64,000 bases of DNA from contig NC_092674.1 in the NCBI RefSeq assembly GCF_964355755.1, positions 3,968,001-4,032,000 on the forward strand, given 5' to 3'. Each line of letters starts with the position of its first letter. Positions within the stretch are counted from its first letter, which is position 1. The notes beneath the pieces are model-generated. The model was given only the letters and a program-made list of their open reading frames with translations, searched no databases and was not told the origin of the DNA. Below are positions 23,667 to 37,000 of the stretch, piece by piece. The translations under genes were made by a program, and so were the position numbers. This stretch comes from Antedon mediterranea. Its lineage: Eukaryota > Animalia > Echinodermata.

Positions 23667-25082
23667 AGGCTGGTTTCCTGTCAACGTAAGAAGTCGAATT
23701 TTGCAACGACTCTTGCGTTTCATACGTTTCTTACGTCTCTTACGAAAGTTGAGAAAAAATTGACGTCGTTGACGTTAGTCAAGATCGTGTCAGGCCGCAG
23801 AGAAACATCTGTAGTTATGCTGCTCCCGAAAGTTGAAATTTTGGCTGTGAAACACACGTCGTATGCTTACGTCGATTTTAGTGTTGTTACGAAAGTTGAA
23901 ATTTTTTTCTTTCGTCGGTCAGATTTATGACGTATTTGAAACAACATCTATGATTGGTGTTTCTTTTTAGAGCGGGTTTTATCATTTTTCGCGCGAAATG
24001 TTGAATGTTGTTATTGTAGGCCTACCTGTAGGCCTAGCTACTCAGTGTCAGTGCAGCACACCAACATATTATTTTTAGTAGATAGGCTAGGCCCTAGTAT
24101 TAGTAATAATACTTAATTAATACTGTACTAATAGGAATGGATTTGACCAAAATATAATCAAACTAGCCTAGGAGCCAGGCTAATAGGCTAGGCCTATGCA
24201 CTATTGTATGAACCAAAATATGAATTAATTATTCTGGCCTTAGTAGGCCTAGCCTTAAATAGTTTTCAAAATTAAAAAACGGCAAATCATTTCGGGATTC
24301 CTATTATTATTAGACCTACCTATGGGCCCAGGCATACCGTACTCTAATCGAGCATGAGATAGTACTAACGCAGTAAGATACCCATTATTTACCTATAATA
24401 AGAATAAATTTGACAAAACAATATAAATTATACAAAATCAAGCAAACATTTTTTTTTAAGTTACATAATAATATTATATTGCTTACAAGGGCTTTCTATA
24501 TCTTATCTTGTTGCAAATGTTCATTTTCGCGACGTTTCTACCGACAATATATTTTGATATGAGTTGTAAACTCCCTGATTAGAACAATATTATATTGAAA
24601 CTACTGTGCATTTGTAAAGTATGTATATTGTACAACATGGTAAAGTGGGCTAAAATTGTAGTAGTACGGTAAATACATACAAATGTTATTGTCCGGCTAT
24701 ATTTCACTGTAAGGTCATACACATTACGTCATAAATCTTGTCGCTCATTGGTTGCTTGTTACGATTGCGCTTACGTCTCTTGCGAAAGTTGACTTCAAGT
24801 CAACTTTCGTAAGAGACGTAAGAAACGTGACGCAAGGGCGTTCATTCAAGCGTAAGATAAAAAATCCCGGTTTCCTGTAAAATCGGAAGAAAACGTCGTA
24901 ACGCAACAATTGTTAGGTCATCGGTTTCCTGTAAAATCGGTTGTCGTTACCATTTTTCTTACGTTACGTCGATTTTATAAATTTTCGATCGTAATCGGTT
25001 TCCTGTAAAATCCGCATTTCTTACGACAAATCGACGTAGTCGCAACAAAAGTGATGTTCTTACGTCGACAGGAAACCAGCCT
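23667..25082. mobile_element. Intact Harbinger MITE D (1416 bp)
   Basis: TIRs AGGCTGGTTTCCTGTC / GACAGGAAACCAGCCT with TTA TSDs. The left TTA (23664-66) is shared with element A. Three internal GGTTTCCTGT direct repeats lie near the right end. Confidence 0.92.
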
Positions 25083-25359
25083 TTAGCTGCATGCGAAGAA
25101 AAGTAGTCGTCACCGCGATCGACCCGGCGCGTGTGTAAGAAAATAATACCGGCGGCCTAGGCTAGGACAAGTTTATAAACGCTGAAAAACATCGTCGCGT
25201 TGTAAAAATGTAGATGTAAAGTACAGGCAAGTTGTTAGCTTGCTTTTGGTACTCTAGGTAAGTATCAGCTGCATGTTCCACATGTCGTATTTTGCGAGCT
25301 TTAGAGTGTTTGGTAAATGACATTATGAGATGTTTGTAAATCGTTTTAAACGACTTACA

Positions 25360-25487
25360 ATGCGCTAGAACGCCAAAATTTCCAGGGGCCCTCGGCCCTT
25401 GGCGGCCCCCTGGCCCCCAGCCAATGTTTGCTCGCTTCGCTCGCAAAGCTACGCCACCCCTATTTCAATATTCTGGATCCGCCCCTG
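25360..25487. mobile_element. hAT-like element right end
   Basis: Similar to 16560-16696 (CGCTAGAACG..GGCCCCCAGCC..GCTCGCTTCGCTCGC). Ends CTGGATCCGCCCCTG. Confidence 0.6.
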
Positions 25488-26235
25488 TTATTGTTCCTCC
25501 AACCGACACAGCATAAGCTGAGGTTATGTATTCTTGATAGTAACTTGATATATTTTGCGTTTAAATATATAGAATGTTATTCCACTATAAAACGAAACAA
25601 ATAACTGATATTCGATCCAAAGAAGTTTAATACAATTTAATTCAAATATATATTCACATTGTGTTTTGTCGTATAACAGCGATTACTACATTTTTGTTTT
25701 TACCTTAGGCCTATACTTTTTGTCTGCCCTTTATAATAATAATGTGATTGACAGCTTTTTTGTCCAGTAGGCCTACTGTATAACTTATAACTATAACTTA
25801 GACAAGGAATTAATGAGTAACTACTAATGTATTGATTTGATGACACAATAGATTGACAGATAAATTGATTTATGTAAAGATTGCCAAGCCCACTAACCCA
25901 TCCTAAACAAATACTTTAAAAATAACTACCTAAAAACACCAAAGCAATGTACAAGCACTTCTTACGTTATAATTAATTCCTAAAGGATGCACTACTTTTA
26001 TTATTTCAAAAACAATGAAAATATTGATAATAATTGATACAAATACTTGGGGTAAGAAGAAGTACATATTGTAATGATATCATTTGCTGTCAAACTTGTA
26101 ATAGCCTAAATATTTAAGATTGTGGGAGAGAAACCCGGACACCTTTTGTCTGGCTTCACACTTGTTTATTCCAACCTCCGATGCTCAAACATTGATATAG
26201 ATCCTCCCACGTCTTAGGCCTACCTAATCAGTCTC

Positions 26236-27930
26236 TTATCGTTTTTTCTTTTTCTTACTTTTCGGAACATCTTGACTACAGCTTCTCTTATTTGGGTTAG
26301 TTTTTGTTATCAGTTTAGAAGCTACATGGTGTAGATTTATGTCATTAAGATCTTTAATAATTTCTTTCGCACCATCAGCAAATACATTTCTTTTTTCAAG
26401 ATGCATGATTAAAGACCATTGATCTGTATACGCATTCTGCGGCACATCATACACACTTCCCACTCGTTTTGCCTCATCTTTTGAAAGTGCTTTCCCGAGT
26501 CCCATAAGTTTTTGTCGATAATCCGTGAATGACGTGATTTCGTCGTCCTTGTTTGCATCACTGAGTGATTTAACATCGTCTACTACCCCACGAGTATCTG
26601 TTACTTTGACCATGTCGATTAGTATTTTGTAGTCTGTACGCTTAAGTATACCAGTTTCTGTCAATGCACGGAACAAGCTTGGTACATCTTTGTATTCTTC
26701 TGGTTCTATCTTATCCTTGAACAGCAGTTTGAGCATGGTTATTTTATCTCTGTTTTGGTACCACTGTGATGTCTTTGATAACATGACATTAAACTCCTTA
26801 GATTCTAACTCTATAGGAAATGGAAATAAGAATGATGTTAGGCATAATTATGCGACCGATTAACTAATTGGAATAGGTTATGTGCAGTGATAACTTTAAA
26901 ACCTTTAAACCAAAAGCTATTTGTATTGGAGAAACAAATCCAATGCAAATATGTAGGCCTAGTCCTAAATGATTACGGTATATTAATTAATTATAAACGT
27001 TATTAAATTTACAGTTACCTTCTGATGGCACATCTCTTGTAAATGCGCTCTTATCTGCTAAAACAAATGAAAATGTTATCACTTTAAGCGAGGTATTTTA
27101 AAATTGTAAAAGAAACATAGGCTTAGAAATGTCAAGGCAGTAATAACATTTGACTGAATATAATGTAATATAAAACGTATGACTGTAATCATATAGCGTT
27201 TACCCTGTGCTGTTGTTGACGTCGATTGTGAATGTCCTCTAGTCTCTATAAGTGTTGATGGCAGATTAGCTGTAGTAGAAAGCACGTATAGGATCAATTT
27301 AAGATTAGCGTTGCAGAATCAAATTTGCATGAACTAAAGAAAAGATTATACTGCCTCTGGTAGAGACGTTAATTTTGAGCACATTTAGGTAAATATTGTT
27401 TTGTACGCACCTAGTTTTTTCTTTGCTGTTTCGTTTAGGTTACCTGCAAACCGTTTTATCTTCACTTCTGTAGAGTCTAATCGTTCCTGTTTCTCCAGGT
27501 GGAATACCAGATCCCAGATATTGTCTAAGCCTTTGTGACCTAGTTTGTAGAAAGCACGTAGTTTGCGCAGATCATCATCTCCAACTGCCATCAGGGCTTC
27601 ATACAATGCTTTTCGATAAGGTGAAAGTCCTTTTCCCTTTTTAGCATCTTTGGTGTAGTCTTTTATGACTTTTTTTGCTGACTGCAAATTTGTCACTTCG
27701 GCAATGTCTGATAGAAGGTTTATTTCGGTGTATTTTATGTCCCCCGATTCTTGGAGTTTATTAAATAAATCCAACCCGATATCTTTACGAGGAGATGTAT
27801 CTAACACTGAGAGGGGTAGGATATCATAAAGAAGAAATCTTAACAAGCGGAATTTATCACCGTCATATTGATCATTAAGATCTCTAAGAAATTCTGTAAA
27901 GCGATCTTCGTTTTCTTGTTCATCTCCCAT
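26236..27930 (-). CDS. Four-death-effector-domain (2 x tandem DED) protein, 399 aa, no caspase domain, basic C-terminus
   Basis: Exons 27930-27411, 27269-27204, 27057-27019 and 26810-26236 (GT-AG, all phase 1, total 1200 nt). DED-like patterns F..FL..L..LRFLL..LDLF.KLQESG.I....NLL and SPYRKALY../TDYRQKLM... Ends KSKKKKKR. Confidence 0.75.
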
Positions 27931-29299
27931 TCTGTCGGATAGTAAAATAAAGTTATAAGTTGGCTATAAAAGTATCCGAGGGGTTTAGTCCTTATGGTGG
28001 TGCAATTTCTGATATAAAAACAACATTTACACCCAAGCTTTGACTAAATAATTAGCCAATAAAAGCGCTGTGTAGGCCTACAGGAATTATAGATAAAGTG
28101 TGCCGTAAATGTCACTTTGTTATCTGGTATTGGAAATGCCACACCTTATATTATGAATTATACAAAAGACGGTTGCATTTGGCCAACTATATGACACATT
28201 TTTTTTTAATTTAGGAAATATCTGTTACATTAGCATTTGTATTTATCCAATCATGGAGATGTATATCTCTATTATCCAATTGCTATAAAGATAGATACAA
28301 ATTTGTTTCAAATATTGTTGAGATATGTATTTAATTCAACTGGCTGTGCATAACAACGAACTTGGAGTTTATGTCATTGAAATATGGAACAGGCACATTA
28401 TTTCTTTATTAATTAGGCCCAGTATTATCCTCGGTTATAATGCTAAATTATCTTTTGTCGTTCGGGTACAAACTACAGTCTCTAAACTACTAGTTTTATT
28501 CATTTCTTACCTTATAGTTGTTTATCCAACACAACCAAAATGAAAAATGGCGCCCGTTAGCTATTTTTAATATGCCAGCCTACCTTACAACAATAGGTAC
28601 GTCAATATTATTTTTTCTTGGAAACTACAGCGTTATATTAATAACCCATCAAAGAGAATGAAACAACGACAATAGAACGTGTGCAGAATCGACGTTTCTC
28701 TGCCTATTTTGCCCATGGACGTTAATATTTGTTATGAGCTATTTAGTGTATATTATTTGATTGTTTTTTTTACTACTGTACTGTAACTAGTTGAACTGTA
28801 AATAAACTGAACACTAGGCATATTTATTACAACGAGATCTTTATCTATGGTTCATATAGGATTTCCTTCCTGAAAAAATCGTCAAATAAACTTGACAGAG
28901 GAAATAATGCATTATGGACAAGTTAAATGTTCTTATTTGATGCAGATTGTGGAGGCTCTTTTGAGAGATAAACCGCCACTTTCTCAAATAATTTTTATTC
29001 CAAATGCAGCAATGCCCCAACAACACCCTCCCCCTCCCCACCCACAATCCGATTGGTACATTGTCGTCATAACTATTCAGAATAATTACGGCAATACATT
29101 GTACAGTCTTCTCGTTTGTCCTTCGTGTTGTTCGTTTTTTCTGTTAATACTATGTTCGAATTATACTTCCTTTTTCCTATCTTTTCTTCTGAGAGGGCCA
29201 ATTTAATTTTATTTATTTAATTTTTTATTCTAAATTTTGTTTGTGCTTTATTTTATCTTTATAAATTATATTTATTTAAATTTAATTTTATTGTTACAT

Positions 29300-29385
29300 G
29301 TTTATGTCTTGTCATGATGTATTTCTGTGAGGGTCCCTAATGATCAGCTTCGGCTGGATGGAAATAAATAAATAAATAAATAAAT
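29300..29385 (+). mobile_element. LINE/SINE 3' end (dispersed family)
   Basis: GGGTCCCTAATGATCAGCTTCGGCTGGATGGA(AATA)n. Inverted copies at about 43965-44050 and 53725-53775. Confidence 0.6.
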
Positions 29386-29698
29386 ACTTTTGTTATTTAA
29401 TTACTGTACTGTTCCTGGCCAACCCTTCTCAAGTTTTTGCTCTTTTTCGCCCGGCCCTCTTAATTTTCTGTACATAAAGTAAGTGATTTAATTACTCTTT
29501 TTAAGAAAAGAGAAAAAATAAAAATAATTTGAATGAATAAACAAAAGCAACTTGAATCATAGAATAAATAATTTATAGAACAAACAACATAGGTCTATAT
29601 CAAATAAAACATACAGTAAATATAGGAATTGTACATAAAACGTTATTCATTAAATAATATTTATTTTCACAACATGAATATAATGTCAGTTTAACTAA

Positions 29699-29859
29699 AG
29701 CCTTGTCTACACTATCAAACTTTATGTGACAAAAAAATGTGATGTGCCCATATATGGACATGATGATGTCATATCACTACCATATTTGGGTATATCAGTA
29801 CCATACTTGGGCACATCACACTTTTTTGTCACATAAAGTTTGATAGTGTAGACAATGCT
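29699..29859. mobile_element. Tourist-like Harbinger MITE family (representative copy)
   Basis: Family TIR AGCTCTGTCTACACTATCAAACT, TWA TSD, internal 21-bp ATATCACTACCATATTTGGGC repeats. Other full or partial copies near 33260, 34600, 35150, 35563, 36153-36289, 36872, 42080, 43122, 45390, 46802, 48335, 52026, 55193, 55939-56031, 56866, 61780, 62280 and 63800. Confidence 0.88.
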
Positions 29860-31038
29860 TAACACTATCTTAACATTATACAATTCATGAGGACGTTTCT
29901 AGGTGATTCCCGGAAAGGAACTCATCTGGCAAGGGCCATCATTCACAATCCTTATTCGAAATTAATGTACAGTATAGCTAAACATTGCATTGCATCCTGT
30001 TGCACGGATATAACGAAACACAAACTATTAAAAGGAAAGATATTATTCTAAACTTTGGTTATCACGTGGACGTGACGACGTAGGCGTAACGCAAGCAATT
30101 CGACCAATCACGGCGGCGCGATGGATCATCGGAATTGTCGCTTGTGATTTGTTCAACTCACTTGCGTTGCGCCCATATCGTTGAGTTGCGTCCTAGTGGG
30201 AACTAATCTTAACCTAGTCTACACCAAGCAAACGTTAGGTTACTAGACAAACTGGAAAAGTTGGTAGAACTTTGGCATTGCAGCGTTGTGATAAACTTGC
30301 TAAAGTTTGTGAATTCAGAAAATTAAATGAGACATGGTAGTCATGTTATCCAGGAGGAGAGGGACTACATGACAGCTTCCAGTGTAGACTGGCATCATAC
30401 ACTTCTCCAAACGTTTGCAAACACGGAGTTTGTAAACAAATGTTTGCTAGTGTAAACTAGTAGTTCGGTGAATCTTTTACCCATGGCTTAAATCATGGAG
30501 CTAATAGCCCCCATGCTTAACTTTTTCTAAATAATATTAGTGCTCATTCATACCAAGGCTTAAATAATGGAATCCTAAATACCATAAATTATCAATTCTG
30601 GTCATGCAACTATTTTTAGTAAGTTCCTGTTAAGAACGTCAAAGGTACTTGTCAGAGTAAACAACATGAGTAGACTATGTCAATAGATTACTTTAGCAAT
30701 CTGTCAACACTTTAGTATAGGATGACCTTTAGATTATTAATTACTGTAAATATTTGATAGTATAGTATATTTTTACTTTATGTTAACTAATGTATTACTG
30801 TATAGACTGACAAATAAAGAAACAAAAACATAATAAATGTGAAAGAGGTCCAATAAATAGCTTAAAAATAATTTGATTTAGAAAAATAATATAAACTAAA
30901 AATATGAAACTGATAAAGAACAGATAATACATTCAATTAGTTCAATATTTACTAAATATCTTCTTCAATTGTCTATTATTCATATTATTATTACACTGCA
31001 CAATATTATTGATATTCAATGATAGTCTGTTTCAATTT

Positions 31039-34000
31039 TTAGAATCCAACAGGATGGCGCTGTACGACAGAGCCTCGTTCGATAACGCTCTTTGACGCAT
31101 CTTTCAATGATTCAATGTTTTCTTTTTCTGTAGAAGACTTCAAGTAGGCAAGGTTTTTGGTGATGCGTGTAGAAGCCTCGTTTACAAACACTTTGCAGAG
31201 CTTCGCTTCGTAGTCAGCTCCTTCGATACCATCGCTTAGAGACTTTGAAGACCTGTAATGAAGATTAAAGTCACCATTAATTCAGGTTAAGAAAGAGAAT
31301 CAGTTGTTGCATATTATAAAAACATAAAGAGAAACAACTATAGCATAGCTGCGGTTGCGCCCTGAAACTGCTGGTTTACAAAGTCTTTCAGAAGAAAGAA
31401 TTCTGGGCCTCGATTCTAACCTAGCCGTCAGCGCAAGCTCGGTGGTCTAGAGGTCGTGAATTATAGAGCAAACTTTTGGCTGAATTTTACTAGTATTGTG
31501 TAATAATGTGTGTGTATTCTATATTATAATTTTGTGTTTATATTTTATATTATCTGTTTTTTATCGTACTAATATTTGCCGATCTTTAAGAAGAATTTCT
31601 ATTGTTATTTTATGATAACGATTCAGTATTTAGCTTAAGAATAACAAAATAAATGTCCCACAGTGATCTGCATCAGACTTACTTGGAAAGAGTAGCAACC
31701 ATGCCATAGATATCGATTGTTGCTTCTGCCAACCGCCACAGAAGAAACTGTTGGTCAACGATTTTCTTGCCATGTTTTATCAGAAGATCTTCAACCGAGA
31801 AGCCAAAGTCTTCAATGGCTTTAGCAGTTTTGCCGGCAGAGTCCTTCATGCTTGGGTGAACATACTGGTCAAGTGAGGGTGCTGAACTAACGCCAACCAT
31901 TCTGAAAAAAAAAATGTCTTGTTTTTACTGGATATAACCAATCTATATTTTTGTTTAATTTGTGATTGTTTTTCTGTAAATTAATATTTTATCATGATGT
32001 GTAATTGTCATCGTAAAAAATAAATGTACCTTTTGGCTCTTTTGTTGACAATGTCCATAATCGTTCCAAAGTTACCTCCAGGGTTCTTAAATGCCTTTTG
32101 TAGTTCTTTCAAATGTTTGCCAGCATTCTGAAAGAAAAAATGTAATCACATAAAAGAATGTACAGTATACCATATCAGAATAGAATACATATAGGTGGAA
32201 AACTGAACTAAACTGAATTTAATTCAACTTACCTGAAGACCAGTTAGTGAAATGAATAACCGCAAAATATCATTGGTTCCTTCAAAGATACGGAATATCC
32301 TCAAATCACGCATCACACGCTCTAGACCACTGTCCTGCAAATTTAAAAAAGTAGATTCATTGTAAATATCGGGACTGGAATAGAACTAGAATTGTATTTT
32401 CACTTCTAAAATATGGTTTAAAAGTAAAGGTTTTGGCAGTGTTTGGTAGTGGAGCAGCTTGGTGGTTAATGTGCTTGCCGTTCAAATTCAAGGTTCAGGT
32501 TACAATCCTGACCAGTGCCATGGTTGTAACTCACAACTCCAGTGACTTGCTAAGCCTCCAATGAGACTGACTATAAAAATTAAATACAAGATACAAGAAA
32601 CTTTATTTGTCTTCGTAAAAAACAGCAAATCCGATTAAAAGATACATATATAAACAGGCTAAAAATGACAAAAAATATAAAAGCTTGTGCGTGTGACTTA
32701 CCCTCATGTACCCCATTCCACCAGAAATCTGAATAGCCTCATCTGCAACAAACCATGCTGCTTCCTGACAATCAAAACATATACATTTGTTTATTACATC
32801 AGTACTCAAGCACTGCGATACAAAACAATACTATACATTTGAGGTGTGCTAAATACACAGCAAAGGCTTCTTAATGGAATAATGACTTTCTCATGTGGGC
32901 ATAAGCTCACCCAGTCAAACACTACAACCCAAGACATGGATCATTTAATATGAAACCCATATTTGGAAGTGGGCTTATAATAAGCCAGAGTGGGCTTCTA
33001 ACCAAGTCAGTACAATAACATAATTATTTTACTTACAGAAGCATATATTTTACTGATGGCAGCCTCGATTTGGAACTCTGTTGATCCAGCATCCATGTTA
33101 GCACATAGCATGTATGCCATACATTCACTGACGTACTGTTGCATTGCCATGCGGGCCAGCTTCTCCTGGATAACACCATACTTGTGGATGTAATCTCCAA
33201 ACTGCTGCCTATTGGCTGCATGATCAACCTATATAATAAACAAGGAAGACGGGTAAGCTCTCTCTACACTATTAAACTAGTATGACAAAAAAGTGTGATG
33301 AGCCCAAATATGGTCGTGATATTCCTAAGTATGGTAGTGATATGACATCGTCGTGTTTATATATGGGCACATCTCATTTTTATAAAATGTTTGATAGTGT
33401 AGATAAGGCTTTAATGATTTGAAGCGGATTTATGATAGCATGGTTTTGTTCTCAACATTCATGGTACAGTAGTTGATAAATATTATGGATTTTTAACCTG
33501 GTTCACTACTAAAACCAAAACAGCACCGTGCTTGGGTTGAAAGCAGAGTGAAGATTCATTACTGTCTTTATGTTATCAATGAGATGCATTATAATTCTAA
33601 AAATTAAATGAAAGTTTGTCAACAAAGAGGTCAGCAGGCTGCAGCTATGTCATAATGAAGATTATACAAAATGATAAGGTAAGTTATATCATAGATATAT
33701 TATAGTGAACAATATCTCTATGGTTATATTAAATATGCAACTGTTGATTGTTTATAGATTCAACTAAATTAATGTGAAAGAATGAAATGAGAGATAATTT
33801 GTTCAAACCTACCAAATAAACAAACATGCAAAGATTATAAAGAATTTAGCTGAAGAAAAGAAACTATTTACTATTAAGAACAGAATAATAATTTTGTATG
33901 AATAATATTATATAACATAGTTATTAAATGCATATTTAGTAAGCACATAAATATTTTTTTTTTAACATTAGTTCATTAAAGAATATTATATCAATTTTTG

Positions 34001-37000
34001 TGTGAATATTTTAAAACAAATAGATCAAATATACATATTTGTCACTGATTTTAAAAAATAATGTTACGTACATATAAGGTCATAGGTCATTAAAAGGTCA
34101 AAGTATATAAACTTACAGCTTTCTTGATCAGTCCCTTCATAGTACCAGACAATGCAGCCCCCATTCCAAAACGTCCATTGTTTAAAATATTCATCGCAAC
34201 TTTGAAACCACCTCCGACCTCTAAAATAGGGGTAATAAATATTTTGTGACCTTTGACATTCTAGGATTATGAAAATGGCTATATTTTTTTAAGAACTCAA
34301 GGAAATAAATGTGTTTACCTCCAAGGATGTTTTCAACAGGAATTTTGACGTCCTCAAAGTAGACTTCAGCAGTGTTCGAGCACTTAATGCCCATCTTATT
34401 TTCAGGTGGACCACTTGAGACACCACCAAAACCCCTCTCAACAACAAAGGCAGTGATCTTATCTGTTGTATTACCATCAGCATCTGTGACTGGTGTCTGT
34501 GCGAACACAGTGAAGATTTCGGCAATTCCGCCATTGCTAATCCTGTAACATTCAATAACAAACATTTTCATAACCAGTCAGTCAATCAGTATCTAAAGCT
34601 CTGTCTACGCTATCAAACTTTATGTGACAAAAAAATGTGATGTGCCCATATACTGTATGGACATGATGAGGTCACATCACTACCATATTTAGGCATATCA
34701 CTACCATGTTTGGGCACATCACACCTTTTTTTTTTAAAGCGTAGCTTAATATTACTCATCCCTCACTCTATTTGTGCAATACCCAGTCAATAATAGGAAC
34801 TTTTCTTTCTTATTTTCTATCTTTAACTTTGCAACTCTTTGATAAGGTTCAACCTTAATCTGATTGGTTGCATAGATATATAAATTTGCATAATAATGAG
34901 CAATAACCTTACCAGATCTTACTTCCATTGAGGATGTAGTGTTTTCCGTCTTTAGAAAGAACAGCTTTTGAGCGAATAGACTAAACAAAAAGGAAAAACA
35001 ATTTTTTATTTGAAAATTGTTGGAAAGCATCCCCTACATATTGAATACTAGGGGAAGATCACATTCCTGTGACATGTGTTTTTAGATGTGTGCAAAAATA
35101 TGTAAACGCTTTCTCTCATTAGAATTAAAACATTCAGTTTGTGAAATGTGATGTGCTCATATATGGACACAATGATGTCATATCAGTACCATCTTTGAGC
35201 ACTTTTTTGTCAAACTAGTTTGATAGTGTGGACAGAGCAAAGGCTTGTAGCATACTTACACTAGCATCTGATCCACTTGAGGGTTCTGTGAGACAGAAAG
35301 CTGCCAGGGTTTTTCCTACTGCTAGCTTTGGCAGGTACTTAGCTTTCTGTTCAGGGGTACCAAATAGCAGGATTCCCTTGAAGCCAATAGACTGGTGAGC
35401 TCCAAGTGCAATTCCAATACCAAGGTCGTACTCTCCAACAATTTCAACAATTCTAGCATACTAATAAAAAAGGAAATTACAACATTATTAATAAAGTAGT
35501 AGGTACACCACAATGAAGATGGTTGTAGCATAACAAAAAAAAAACTTTGAATCCATATGTAAAGCTCTGTCTACACTATCAAACTTTATGTGACAACAAA
35601 AAAATGTGATGTGCCCATATATGGACATGATGATGTCATATCACCACCATAGTGGGCACATCACGCTTTTTTTGTCAAACTAGTTTGATAGTGTAGACAG
35701 AGCTTTTCTTTTGGAAACACAAAACCTAACCTACTAATGTTTATTCGCCATGCAAACCTTATACCCTTAAACAATATTGACATTATTATAGCCTTTCAAG
35801 TGGTGTTATTAAAGATGGTGGTGGTATTGTGTAGCGACACAATCAATAAGAGTGAAGCAACCTGTATTCATAAACCAACCATGGTATACTTTGCTTGGCA
35901 ATCGGGCAAACAAATTGACCTTTGACATAGTTGAATGGATACATACCTGTGTGTTACTCAGCCCTAATCCATTGTGTTCTGTTGAAACCTGAAGTCCAAA
36001 CGCTCCCATCTCTTTCAAACCTTCAAATGTGTGATCCTCAATTGCTGCCATGCTGTCATTCTTATCTGCATTGTTTACTTCCTACAATATAGAATAATGA
36101 GTCAATTGACCTATGACCTATGCTGATTGATGGGATATCAGTCATAGACTTAAGCTCTGTCTACACTATCAAACTTTATGTGGAAAAAAAGTGATGTGCC
36201 CATAATATGACATCATATCACTACCATATTTAAGCATATCACTACCATATTTGGCACATCACACATAGTTTGATAGTGTGGACAGAGCTTTAGAAACTAC
36301 CACAACCTGTGTCAAGGACTGGAGGCAAGCAATTGAGCGTGCCCCAACATGCCCATATTGAATTACACCTGTAACATGACCTAACTTGTTCCTAGTCGTC
36401 ACAAATCAAAAGTTCCTTAATATAGCAAGAGTCAGTTTAATGTTTGGATAATTTTTTGTCTGTACTAATGTTTGTTCATTTTTTTGTTAGGGTTACATGT
36501 TTAAATGTTTAAAGCACTTGTGCTTATTTTGTATCCCATTCCATTATCATATACTTTTATTGTATTTGTATATGTTTTTATTTTGATTATGGAATAAAAA
36601 TGTTGAATGTCTAGATCAATATGGGGATAAAAATGATACACAACATTACTACATTAGCAGAGGTTTTGTGGCGTACATTTATAGTAGAAAATTAGAGTAT
36701 TATGAGGAAATAAACTGCATTTATTCAATAATAAATTTACCTCAAAAAATTTAGTTACAGGATCTATATACATTTCAAGCGCTTCTGTTTGTTCAGGTGA
36801 CAATGCTGTGAAATGAAAATGATTTTATGAAAAGGAAACAATTTCAAATGATAAAAACAAGAAATCTTTTAAGCCTTGTCTACACTATCAAACTTTATGT
36901 GATGTGCCCATATATGGACATGATGATGTCATATCACTACCATAATTGGGCATATCACTACCACAATTGGGCATATCACTACCATATTTGGGCACATCAC

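Noticed and set aside
28600-28630. STAT (TTCTTGGAA) site upstream of the DED gene
   Set aside because: Such short motifs are expected by chance in AT-rich DNA, and the TSS is unknown.
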